A stretch of 64,000 nt of DNA from Candidatus Multivoradales bacterium (lineage in GTDB: Bacteria; Acidobacteriota; Thermoanaerobaculia; Multivoradales; J023), in assembly GCA_965248925.1 (NCBI GenBank), contig CBDFLE010000006.1, positions 4,192,001-4,256,000 on the forward strand, in the 5' to 3' direction. Below, one piece after another: positions 21,501 through 30,850 of this stretch. Within the stretch, counting starts at the first letter, position 1, and every line of letters starts with the position of its first letter. A model generated the notes under the pieces. That model had not been told where the DNA came from. It ran no database searches and saw only the letters and a program-made list of their open reading frames with translations. The position numbers and the translations under genes were made by a program.

Positions 21501-23031
21501 TCATCACCTCGAGATCCGCTTCAACGGTGAGCTGTTAGGCGAGGAGTGGTTCGATGGCCTAACTGCTCGTTCTCTTCACTTTCCGATTGCTATGTCCCGA
21601 TTGAGCGAAGGCCCCCAGCAACTAGAGATCCGCCTGCCTGGTGACACGGGCTTCGCCTTTGATCTTGTTCACCTCGACCGGTTCCGCCTGCGGTATCCCC
21701 GGAAATTCGTCGCCAGCGATGATCGACTCGAGTTCTCAGGTCGATTCCGCGAGGTCGAAGTCGCTGGTTTGTCGAGCCCGAATATCGTCATCTATGCCAG
21801 TGCCTCGACGCGCCTCGATCTGTTCGAAGTAGCCGCAGGCGATGGTGACACCTACACCGCGACCTTCTCGGCGCCTGGTTTTACCGAATTCATCGCAGCA
21901 GGAAGCGACGCTTGGCAGAGCCCTCGAATCGAACAAGTATGGGCACCTTCACCGAATCTTCTCCGCGGCCAGGCTGACTATCTGGTGGTTTCCCATGGTG
22001 ATTTCCTCGGCGAGCTCGATGACCTGATTTCGGCCAGGGAAAGGAGTGGCTTCGAAGTCAAGGTGGTGGATGCTAGAGATCTCTACGCCAGGTACTCTGG
22101 TGGAGTCTTCGATCCTCAGGCAATTCGTCGGTACATCGCGGAAGCCCATCGGCAACTAGGGGTACGTTTTGTGCTCCTGGTGGGCGGCGATACTTACGAC
22201 TACTTGGATCACCTGAGCCTCGGTTCGATCAGCTTTATCCCGACGTTGTATACCCAAACGGACGAGATAGTTCACTTCGCTCCGGCTGACCCGCTGTTCG
22301 GCGACGTCGACGGGGATGGGTTGCCAGATGTGGCCATCGGCCGTCTGCCGGTCCGCACCGCAGAGGAACTGGCAGCGGTGATCGCCAAGACACTGACCTA
22401 CAAGTCCTCCAGAGCAGCAGCCACCTTTGTCTCCGACGACACCCCAGGGCGGACCTTGACCAAGCTGAGCGAAGAGCTGGCGCAGTTCGTTCCGCGGTCA
22501 TGGAAAACGGAGCAGATCAGTCTCGACGACTTGACGGTAACAACAGCTCGAGAGCGGCTGCAAAAGAGCTTTGAGACCGGCCAAGCTCTGATCAACTTCG
22601 TAGGCCACTCCGGCCCCACCGCCTGGACCTTCGACGGCCTACTCGACAGCGCCGATATCGACCAGTTGGACCCTAACGGCAAGCCCTCGGTGGTGATCCA
22701 ATGGGGTTGTTGGAACACCTATCATGTGTCTCCGAGGTACGACACCTTGGGGCACCGTTTCCTGCTCGCTGAAGATGCGGGAGCAGCTGCTGTCATCGGC
22801 TCTTCGATGCTGTCGAAGCTAAGCTCCGATCGAGCTTTGGGCCCAGCAATGTTGGAACGGCTGATGCGGCCGGGCACCAGCCTGGGTCAAGCTATGCTGG
22901 AAGCCAAGCGGTCACTGGGAGCCGGCCAGCCTGAGCTGCTCGATGTCCTCCTCGGTTGGACTTTGTTGGGAGATCCCGCCCTGGTAGTCGTCGGAGGACT
23001 CGGCAGCGACACCGACTTGGCAGCGAATTAG
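18580..23031 (+). CDS. large secreted C25 (gingipain-like) cysteine peptidase with proprotein-convertase P-domain and Gly-rich region
   Basis: P-domain (H.WRGDI.VTL.SP..NGTWTL), Gly-rich central block, LPVTLASF, C25 motifs VLLVGGD, AIGRLPV, NFVGHS, QWGCWN, LLGDPAL. Confidence 0.88.
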   Translation: MGQQVHLLIGSDLDSKAKGVERTPGQSGASRRLRSAAVLVAFLAFFPLLPAGAETVVIDNTTAGSIDASTTCGGSELTRTFTVSESFLVEDVDLGFNASHFWRGDIQVTLQSPAATSVVIIASDGLNFDNYDLALDDDVADAVNDGDADTISAPLYHLDRSASPSNPLGTFVGENVNGTWTLLICDTFSGADDGTFNSAQLTLRGPDSAAAAIDCVNTGSDGDAAGLSGVINAYFSPAASAAAGDSSLQVTSATGLAAGDKVLVIQMQDSSIDSTDSSSYGDGSAGDPATGSVTDRWSGYYEFVGVTSVTGSAPSITLGLTTALQNSYWSRGRSSFQVIRVPQYGDVTLGGTVTASAWNGSTGGVVVLEAGSTLDFNGQSIVLDGLGFRGGVSNDSDTPPNFSVYLTTDLEVGAAKAEGTAGTPASSGGTGYPAGDLARGAPANAGGGGNEHNAGGGGGGNGGAGGQGGDTWIGFGQTPNGGVGGAVFPASRNRLVLGGGGGAGASNDLSFPDGGNGGGIVIIQAYEVVGTGTITADGLGGDPADCDAAGAGGAGGSVLVAALNGSLANLALGADGGSGGDSTCTAADLHGPGGGGGGGAIFYSTGAGTPTTSVAAGSRGSFLPDIVAYGSSSGQAGTVSTFTATDSICTTLPVTLASFSSSRTRHGWQLEWTTATETSTVGYQIFGRIGDRWQPLNDPLVPSHQIDSLEPQRYSLQSYAAEDFEAFSLVDIDIKGRHEAHGPFFPGHLEGREVAAKAIDWRSIAEQRPANRLSEIALKRFDRASSVAGKIAGGKTPTALWVDTDGIYRSTHEELLAAGFDFRGVPVHQMALEDPSHGLVPVYIQGSRSNPQVFGPGGFVEFLGRAVRDSQYTRSRVYHLKRTRSNLPVRVVSATPQHLPPAVGYEESREVHQQNFYSFASPNGDPWYQASILANGGAASRTFDIEIDALAPNGDAVLEVDLWGVTNWPGSEPDHHLEIRFNGELLGEEWFDGLTARSLHFPIAMSRLSEGPQQLEIRLPGDTGFAFDLVHLDRFRLRYPRKFVASDDRLEFSGRFREVEVAGLSSPNIVIYASASTRLDLFEVAAGDGDTYTATFSAPGFTEFIAAGSDAWQSPRIEQVWAPSPNLLRGQADYLVVSHGDFLGELDDLISARERSGFEVKVVDARDLYARYSGGVFDPQAIRRYIAEAHRQLGVRFVLLVGGDTYDYLDHLSLGSISFIPTLYTQTDEIVHFAPADPLFGDVDGDGLPDVAIGRLPVRTAEELAAVIAKTLTYKSSRAAATFVSDDTPGRTLTKLSEELAQFVPRSWKTEQISLDDLTVTTARERLQKSFETGQALINFVGHSGPTAWTFDGLLDSADIDQLDPNGKPSVVIQWGCWNTYHVSPRYDTLGHRFLLAEDAGAAAVIGSSMLSKLSSDRALGPAMLERLMRPGTSLGQAMLEAKRSLGAGQPELLDVLLGWTLLGDPALVVVGGLGSDTDLAAN

Positions 23032-23674
23032 CCAAAGGGGTAGCTCTCGACCGTCCCAGTGCGCTCGAACCTGGTGTAATGCGCCGGGCAAAGGAAGGCA
23101 CGAGCGCAGCGCTTCCCTGTCTCGTGAAGCCAGGAAAGAGGCCACTGCCAACGGTCACCCTAAACTAGCGTTGTGCTATCGGACGGCGGTCACGAAACCG
23201 CGTGGGACCCAACAGCTACCTCCTACCACCGAGCTGGCGTCTCAATCATCTCTTAGTCGGAATCCTTGCCACAGCCAGCAAGAAACCGAACTCACCGTCC
23301 AGGCGATTGCCGCCCTCTAGTAAAAGTTGGGACCCTGCCGCCATACGGAGGTCATCCCTCCGCGGTTTGCAGAGCCCCCTCTTCCAAACCAGGCGTGCGC
23401 CAGCCATAGCGGGCATTGATATCCCGCATGCGGGCACCTCGCCCTCCTCAGCTACCTCCGCCATCGCATCTCATCCGGACCTCTCGAAGGCCGCAACAAC
23501 AAGATCTCGGTCCTCAAGAGGAGAGCCAATGGAATCCGCGACATGGAGTACTTCAAGCTGGGGCTCTTCTTCCTCCATGACCAGCTCACCTCTCCAATTT
23601 CCGGATGACCCAGAAATTAGGCGATCTGGCGGTAAAGTCGGGCTAGGGCCAGCCTCGAGGTTGCCAACACCGTT

Positions 23675-24000
23675 CCTGATTGCCGGTCCAAGCTGTCGGT
23701 CTAAGCTGTCAGTCCAAGCTGACAGTCCGGCTGAGATGTCAGCCTTCTATCGGGATCAATAAGACCCGACGCGGGCCCTGGTAGCCCGCTGGGACGCCGA
23801 CCCTCGGCGACTCACGATTTTCACTGGCAAATCATGAAGTCCTCCCGCTGCTCCTCCAATCCGCAGCAGGCAAAATGAAGATTTCAGGCATGCATTGTTT
23901 TGCATGTTTCTTTGGTATCCCCGTTGCACTGGAGCTGAGCAGCACAGCTGAGAGCCGACAGGGAGTGAGTTTGATAGTGGAGCGACGGCTTTCATGGCTG
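23675..24000 (+). repeat. direct repeat C, copy 1 (sigma54 promoter/enhancer module)
   Basis: Colinear with 29404-29741; contains TGGTATCCCCGTTGC at 23913-23927. Confidence 0.9.
23913..23928 (+). promoter_or_regulatory. sigma54 -24/-12 promoter (copy 1)
   Basis: GG(23914-15)-N10-GC(23926-27), preceded by T and with TT before GC. Confidence 0.6.
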
Positions 24001-24282
24001 GGGCGCAAGGTGGGGACTCGGACGCCATCATCGGGCGCTACGAGGGGGGCTGAAATCACGCCTTCCGTAGATGTCGCCAGCCGGCTTGCCGAAGCGTTCG
24101 ACGTCGGCCTCGATTTCTTGGCCAGCGACGAAGAGATGCCACAGGCCTTCAAGGACCCAGAGATGATCGAGCGCTGGCGATCCCTCGGCGGTCTGCCCAC
24201 CAGCGACCGCGACAAGATCCTCTACATCGTCGATGGGCTGATCCGCGACGCGCGAGCTAGACAGGCGTATAGCGTTCCCTGA
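24001..24282 (+). pseudogene. XRE-family HTH regulator, 5'-truncated and frameshifted (repeat B copy 2 at 24100-24324)
   Basis: ARKVGT.DAIIGRYE(fs)EITPSVDVASRLAEAFDVGLDFL...DGLIRDARARQAY. Confidence 0.8.
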
Positions 24283-24453
24283 GCCCAAATTCACCAAAGG
24301 CCCGGCCGAGACCGGGCTTCTGCGGCTGCTAGGCTGGCAGCTCGCTTGAACGCTTCGAGTGCCCATACTAACTCACGACGATGAAGGCTAAATCCGGCGA
24401 ACTCGTTCAATGCATTGGCCGTGCGTGACTTAATCGGCACCTATATCGGGGAA

Positions 24454-24633
24454 TCAACGCTCGTCGGGCGCAGGAGGTCGATAACCCCCTCCGATCTGGC
24501 ATTCATTCTCCTCGGCCCACTCTATTATTCGATCGAGAAGAGCCTCAGCAAGCGCACGTCGAATCGGCGCGCCCGCTTCCCCTTCTAGTCCAAACCGAAA
24601 CAGCCATACGGATTGAGTCTCTTTCTTCGACAT
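24454..24633 (-). CDS. 59-aa putative immunity/antitoxin protein (not in ORF track)
   Basis: ATG directly follows the toxin-tip TAG; MSKKETQSVWLFRFGLEGEAGAPIRRALAEALLDRIIEWAEENECQIGGGYRPPAPDER*. Confidence 0.65.
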   Translation of the reverse strand: MSKKETQSVWLFRFGLEGEAGAPIRRALAEALLDRIIEWAEENECQIGGGYRPPAPDER

Positions 24634-25101
24634 CTAGAATCCTGCCTCATTCATGATCGCTTCCGCGATTCTCTTGATCGTTCCCCGCGCATGAGGGCTA
24701 TGAGGAATCACGGTTACTGTATTCCCAGTCTCTGGGTTAATGACCTTCAAGTGCTTCCCTCCAGCCTTAACCTCGAATCCTGCCCTTTTCGCCATCCGCT
24801 GAAGGAGAGAGGACGCCTTTTTTCCTTTAGACCCAAATGCCTTATTTCCTAGTCTAGCAAGCCTCTGTTGCAGCTTGTTCCCAGCCGCACCCAGCGAGCG
24901 CGCAGCTGTGAATAACGACCCCCCTCTCGGCACCACCCTCGGCCCAATCTTCGAGTACAACCCAGAAGATATTGCCGAAGTGGAGATGGAAGCCGTGATG
25001 TTGTAGAAATACGTCGAAGCCTTCGCGTTCTGCCCGACAAGAGCCATGATCTGACAGTTGATGTTCCCCCCACTGCAGCCGACGGACTTCGGCTGCACAT
25101 T
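24634..25101 (-). CDS. Rhs C-terminal toxin region ending in a HicA-like RNase domain (in frame with Rhs across one TAG)
   Basis: LLQRMAKRAGFEVKAGGKHLKVINPETGNTVTVIPHSPHARGTIKRI matches the HicA pattern GF..G.H...G..V.VP.H...GT..I. Confidence 0.65.
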   Translation of the reverse strand, partial: NVQPKSVGCSGGNINCQIMALVGQNAKASTYFYNITASISTSAISSGLYSKIGPRVVPRGGSLFTAARSLGAAGNKLQQRLARLGNKAFGSKGKKASSLLQRMAKRAGFEVKAGGKHLKVINPETGNTVTVIPHSPHARGTIKRIAEAIMNEAGF

Positions 25102-28100
25102 CTACATTAAGATCGGCGGTCCGGGATCAGTACCATCGTCCCAGAACCAGTTGTTGACCATCCAAAGGGGGATCTCTACTCCGGCGGAGTCGTCCACAGG
25201 AAGCGGTGTGGAAAAGACGAATATCTCGTCTGAAAAAGTCGCTGACGGCATCAGCCCAAAGAGGTCCACGAAGCCGATCGGACTGTTCATTACATAGGAG
25301 TAGCGATTGAAGCTCTGCGGGTTATCCTCAGAACCGCCAAACGGATCGATACTCAAGAACCGCCCCACGACCGGACTACAATGCCTAGCATGCATGTAGT
25401 CCAGCTCACTCTTCGCCCCCGCCCCGTTTTTACCCCGCTCATGACCGGTAAATTTCAGCTGAAACTCATCCGAGCTAGAGCTGGTCGCTTCCTGTCCAAA
25501 CGGATAGTAGCTGTGCAGCGCCAACTGGCTGCCGCTCTTCGTCACCTGCCGTGGGGTACCAAGATGATCCAGATGAAAGCTGTAAGTCTCCTCCACTCCG
25601 TTCGCGTCGGGGTCGACTGAAGCCAGCAGCAGCCCACGCCGATAGACGTAGTCCCGCTCCCACTGGAAGCTCTCCCCACATGGATGACTAAAGACCCGCA
25701 GCACTTCGTTGCCCAGCCCGCGCAGGGTCCAGGTCTCGCTGGCCGGGCTGCTGACGCAGCTGCCGCCGGCGGCGCTAAAGCAGCTGAAGGTGACGATGCG
25801 CTCGTCATCAGCGTTGTAGATGTACACGCTCGCCTGGTCGGTATTGGATTGCAGGTGCTTCATCATGTTGGCGGCGTCGTAGGTGTACTGGTAGATCTCC
25901 GAGCTACTGTAACGCACGCGGGTCAGGTTTCCCCCAGCGTCATGGGTGGTGCCGCTGAGGCCGAGGCGGTTGGTGCTGCTGCTCGGGCTCATGGTCTGGC
26001 TGGCGCCGTGGGTGACCATCTGGGTAAGGTTGCCGAAGTTGTCATAGCTCGCGGTCTGTAGGCGGTCGTTGCTGCCGACTTTTACCTCGCCGCTGACCAG
26101 GCGCTGGAATCGGTCGTAGCGATATTGCAAGGAGCCGATGCGGTGGATATTTCCGGCTCCGTCGTAGTCGAAGGTGCCGGTGTCCCAGCCTGCGTTGGTA
26201 GAGATGCGCTCGGGCCGGGCGAGGCCGGAGGGATCGACCTGGTAGGTTTCGGTGATGCCGCTCTGGTGGCTGATCTGGGTCAGCATGCCGCCGCTCTGGT
26301 AGCTGAGGTCAGAGGCGAAGCCGGGCACCGCGGTGAGGAAGCCCTTGTCGTAGGCGTAACTCACCAGCCACGGCGGGCTGACCTGGTCGCAGCTGTCGTT
26401 GCTGTGCAGGCAGTCAGGATAGTCGAGGGTCGCGAGGTTGCCTTGCAGATCGAAGGTGAAGCCGGCCTGGAAGGCGTAGTGGCCGACGCCGAGCTGGTAG
26501 CGGGTCTGGCGCTCGGACATCCGCCCACCGCGACCCGCGTAGACGAAGCTCTCGGAGATCCGGACATCGAGGAAGCCAGGGTTGGCGTTCAGCGGATTCA
26601 CCAGATCCACCCAATTGTGGCGGGTGGTCTGCACCAGCTTGCCGGCCCGCTTGTCACTGCCGATGTTCTGGCGGCCGTAGCGGAACTCCTTGAGCTTGCG
26701 CGGCGAGCCGCCGTTGTTCTCGTCGACGCGGATCAGGCGTCCGGCGGGATCATAGAGGTAGTCGAGGTCGAAGGCGGTGGAGCCGGTGATGCGTTTGCTC
26801 AAGACGTTCCCGCGACCGTCATACGAATAAGCCGAGGCGCCGTTGCCCACCGGGCCGACTTCGGGATGGGTCTCGGAGGTCAGGAAGCTGCGACCGTCAT
26901 AGTTGAAGAAGCGTTGCTGGCCACAGGTCGATCCAGTCCGATTCTGGCAGACGTGGGAAAGCCGCGAGCCGGCATCATAGGCATAGCGAGTCAGCAAGCC
27001 GTCGGCGTTGCAGCTGCCGTTCCAGGTTGCCGATCTGCCCTCGCAGACCGCGAACAATCGGCCCTGGCCATCTGAGATTTCGGTGTTGTAGGTGTCTTCC
27101 TGCACTCCGGAGGCGAGCATCACTTTGAACCGCCGCGTCTTGGTGCGTTCGCCCTCGTAGCTGAGGAATGTGGCCGGCTGGCTTGGTGGGGTGATCCTGC
27201 CGGGGCGGCCGAAGTTGTCGTACTGCTCGTACTTGGTGACGCGGGAATCGGCGCTAGAGCTGAGGGTCCTCACTGACTCCTCGGTCTTCCAGGCCCGTGG
27301 GTTGAAGCTCATGTGGCGGTACCAGCGCACTCCGCCGGGCAACTGCACCTGCTCTTTGACCCGGCGGCCGAGGCCGTCGAAAGTGTGCTGGCGGTAGGCC
27401 AGCAGGCCGGAGCCCGAGCAAGCGGCGGTGGTGACGCATTGCTCTTCGGTCAGCAGCGGCACCAAGTTGAAGTTGCTCTGGGTGGCCAGCCGGTAGGTGT
27501 AGCGGCGCACCGCCTCGCTCTCGGGAAACTCGTGGGTCAAGCGGCCCTGCCGGTCATAGAGGAAGTCGATCTTGACCCCGGCGCTGTCTCGGCTGCGTTT
27601 GACCAAGCCGGTGTTCTTGTCGAGATCGTAGTCGGCCAGTTTGAGTAGCACTTCGCTGGTGGCGCAAGGGTTGACCACCGTCGAGTTTCTCAGCACGCCG
27701 TACTGGTAGCCGTAGTTGGTGCGGTAAAGGGCGCCGGATTGGGCCGGGTTGATGCTGCCCAGGCTTGCGGTGCTGATCGCCTGGCTGTCGCCGCCGTATT
27801 GCAGCTCAGAGGCGACGAAGCCGGTGCTGCCAGCCTGCACGAAGATGCTCAGCAGGTCGTTCGACTGCCGCGAGCCACCTGCCAACACCCTGCGTTTGCG
27901 CAGGAAGCCGTTGACTAGCGCAAAGTCATACTCGGTGGATTCGGTGACGCCGTTCTCGGTCACCGATTGCGAGTTGAAGGTCTCCAGCACCCAGGGCTGG
28001 GTCTGGCCGAACATGGCGAAATCGGTGGCCGGATCGATGGCGCCGGTGTCGCTGTTGGCGATCAGATAGGAGCCGCGATTCTGGTTGTAGAAGGTCTCGC

Positions 28101-28580
28101 TCGCGCGCACGTTGCCACTGGCGAAGTTGCCACCGGTGGTGGTGGTGCGGAAATGGCCCAGGCCATCGAAGTCCGAGTGGGTGACCTCGCGGAACTTGTC
28201 GCCGTCGTCGTGGTAGATAACTTTGCGGTACTTCATCCGGTGGTTGCGGTCGGCGTAGGTCCCGGATGGACCGTCGTTCTCATACTCCAGGAAGATCGAG
28301 CGGCGCTTGCTGCCGCTGGCCACCGAGCCCTGGTAGATCTCTTGCGACAAATAGGGCGGGTTGTTGTTGAAGTAGTCGTTGGTGCCCGGCGTGCAGCGGG
28401 TGAAGGGCAGGCCGAAGCCTTGGCGATTAGCGCCCGCGGAGTTAAACCAGTGCTTCGTGTCGTTGCCTAGCGGGTCGGTCAAGGTGAGAGTGTGGTAGCA
28501 GGAGATCTGGCCGGGACCGAGCACTCCCTGGGGATCGTAGTCATAGGTCCAGATGCCGTGGGGCGAGTTTGGATAGTCGC
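25102..28580 (-). pseudogene. Rhs/YD-repeat protein, N-terminally deleted, with in-frame amber stop before the toxin tip
   Basis: Many YD repeats; core HLDHLGTPR..YYPFG..FTGHER..DYMHAR..GRFLSIDP..NRYSYV.NSPI..VDLFG; no true start (abuts stop of upstream gene). Confidence 0.88.
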
Positions 28581-28986
28581 TCAGCAGCCGCTGCCGGGGC
28601 AGGTGCTATCCCATTGATTGGCGTTGCCAGTCTCGAAGTTGTCGCCAAAGAGCACGGCGATCGATTTGACTGCGACGGTGGCGGAGGTGCTGTGGTGGGT
28701 CTCGTCTTCGATGCGGTAAGTCAACGTGCAGTTGGCATCGATCGAGCACGATCTCGGTGCTCGCCGGGCAGGTGCTGGCGAGGACGGTGACGGTCAGGGC
28801 TTCACCGTCGGGCTCGGTGTCGTTGGCCAGGACGTCAATCAGGATCGGGGCGGAGGCGGCCTCTGCGTTGTCGCCCGAGGCGATGGGGGTGCCATTGCAT
28901 TGAGCGTGGGCGGTGGCGGCGGCGAGCAGGCCGAGAGCGAGCGCCGCTGCCGGCCACGCCATGCATCCAGAGATTCTTCGCTTCAT
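28581..28986 (-). pseudogene. small secreted Ig-like (cadherin/Big_9-like) protein, frameshifted
   Basis: Signal peptide MKRR..AAATAHA; IDVLANDTEPDGEAL; after the shift LTYRIED..ATV.V...LFGDNFETGNANQW; length 406 bp is not a multiple of 3. Confidence 0.7.
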
Positions 28987-29179
28987 TCGTACCTCCAGTC
29001 CAGATCGTTCTGTCTTCTTCCTGCAACTCGCAAAAGACCAGAAAGCGCTCACTCCACCACGGCACCCCGTCCCCGCAACAGCGCCACCACCCGAGCAACA
29101 CACCTCGCCAGATCATCTCCGACCTCCAGCGACTCAATCCAGCCGCTCAACCGCCGGCGTGCCCTTCCTGTCGGCCGAT

Positions 29180-29368
29180 GCGCCTGATGCCCAGCGTTTG
29201 GTCGACACCGCCTTCGACAGGCTCAAGCTGTCGGCCCGGGCCCTCAGCCGTATTCTCAAACTGTCACGCACCATCGCCGACCTCGACGGCGCGGCGGAAA
29301 TTCGTGTAGCGCATGCCGCCGAGGCTTTTCAGTACCGCAGCCTGTACTGGCGGTCGGAGGGCCGCTGA
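29180..29368 (+). pseudogene. comM: 3' fragment of comM/yifB (Mg-chelatase-like AAA+ ATPase)
   Basis: LKLSARALSRILKLSRTIADLDG...H.AEAFQYR is the conserved ComM/YifB C-terminus; rest of gene absent. Confidence 0.8.
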
Positions 29369-29403
29369 TGCCACGTTTACCACACTACTCAGGCCCAGGC
29401 CAT

Positions 29404-29741
29404 CCTTGATGGCCGGTCCAAGCTGTCAGCTCGGACTGTCAGTCGAAGCTGACACTCCGAGCTGACAGTCCGGCTGACATGTCAGCTCTATCAGGATCGA
29501 TAAGACCCGACGCGGAGTCGGGCAGCCCGCTGCTCCTCCAACCCTCGGCGGTTCACCATTTTCACTGACAAATCGTGAAATTCTCCCGCTGCTTCTCCAA
29601 CCCGCAGCTGGCAAAACGAAGATTTCAGGCATGCATGTTTCTGCATGTTTCTCTGGTATACCCGTTGCAATATAGCTGAGCAGAACAGCTGAAAGGCGAC
29701 AGGGAGCGAGGTTGATAGTGGAGCTACGGCTTTCACGGCTG
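29404..29741 (+). repeat. direct repeat C, copy 2 (sigma54 promoter/enhancer module ahead of tad operon)
   Basis: Colinear with 23675-24000; palindromes TGTCAGCTCGGA..TCCGAGCTGACA and GCTGACATGTCAGC. Confidence 0.9.
29654..29669 (+). promoter_or_regulatory. sigma54 -24/-12 promoter (copy 2)
   Basis: TGGTATACCCGTTGCA: GG-N10-GC; about 125 bp upstream of ATG 29793. Confidence 0.7.
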
Positions 29742-29792
29742 TCGTGCAACGTGCACGAAAAGATTCTTTAAATGAATGAAGGGAGTTTGACA

Positions 29793-30779
29793 ATGCGACG
29801 AATTCTGATCTGTTTCTTGCTAGTAGCTTTGTTGCTGCCCATAGCGGTGGTAGCACAGGGCTCTGGCGATGCCTCGGTGGACCGACTCACCGTCGGCAAC
29901 CTATCTGTTCTGGCCTACCGTTTGGAATTCGAAGAAATTGTTTCGATCCTCGGCGAGCTTTCGACTCTGTTATCAAAAACCGAACAGACCGCCGCCGCCA
30001 CTCAGTTGGCGAATACGGCCGGACGGATGACGGATGAAGATCTCGCGCAGTGGATGGCCAGCGGCGTCGACTTGTCCAAGCTGCTTTCGAAATTGCGTGA
30101 CCTTCAGGTCATAGTCGACCATAACGAACGCCACCGGGATCGCAGCGCTACTGGTCTAAGCGGCAAAACGCCAGGTTTGCCAGATGCCGCCTATTCTGCG
30201 GTCTGTGGTAGCGAACGCGGCGACACCGACGCTGAGTTTGCCGCCAAGGTCGCCCTGCAGGTCGCCAAGGGCGTGTGGTCGGTCGCCAGTCGCGCTTGCG
30301 ACGAAACGATCGTCATCCTCGGCGAAGGCGGCAATACTTCTCTGTTGTGTATTGCCGCGGACGCGATCCTGTTCATCGCCGAGGCCGTGCTCGAGGACTT
30401 CTTCTTCTGCGACGACGCCGTCAACGCCGCCGAGATCGAAGGCTCCTACGAGCGTTTGGGCCATTTGCACGGTGACATGGACTTGCTGCAGGCGGACGTC
30501 ACCCTCGACATGATGTTGATGATCGAGCAGAACCTGATGATCATCTCACCCAATCAGATCATCGTCACCTATGCAATTCCAGCGTCGAGCGGTGGCCTCC
30601 TTGATCTGGTAGTAACCGTGATTGAAAACACCATTCAAGACGCCACAGACGCCGGCCTGGCAGTCAACTTTGCCCAGTCGTTCTTCGACCAGGCCGAGGT
30701 GCTCCGGGCCGACGAGAGTTACAAGCGTGCCTTCCTGATGTACAGGCGGGCCTATCAAGAAGTGGCGCGGCTGCCATAA
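29793..30779 (+). CDS. secreted alpha-helical hypothetical protein, first gene of tad operon
   Basis: RBS GGGAG; signal peptide MRRILICFLLVALLLPIAVVA; 4 Cys in mature region. Confidence 0.8.
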   Translation: MRRILICFLLVALLLPIAVVAQGSGDASVDRLTVGNLSVLAYRLEFEEIVSILGELSTLLSKTEQTAAATQLANTAGRMTDEDLAQWMASGVDLSKLLSKLRDLQVIVDHNERHRDRSATGLSGKTPGLPDAAYSAVCGSERGDTDAEFAAKVALQVAKGVWSVASRACDETIVILGEGGNTSLLCIAADAILFIAEAVLEDFFFCDDAVNAAEIEGSYERLGHLHGDMDLLQADVTLDMMLMIEQNLMIISPNQIIVTYAIPASSGGLLDLVVTVIENTIQDATDAGLAVNFAQSFFDQAEVLRADESYKRAFLMYRRAYQEVARLP

Positions 30780-30850
30780 GGAACTGTCGTGACACAAAAA
30801 TGTTCCGATTCCTTAACCCAGTTGGAACACAACAACCACAGGAGAGAAGA

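Noticed and set aside
23246-23580. Possible degraded minus-strand gene (MEEEEPQLEV..., internal TGA)
   Set aside because: No recognisable family; cannot support a call.
23756-24031. Minus-strand ORF similar to 29491-29856 as a conserved small protein
   Set aside because: Similarity is explained by the DNA repeat; starts and stops are not shared, and the plus strand carries the sigma54 motif.
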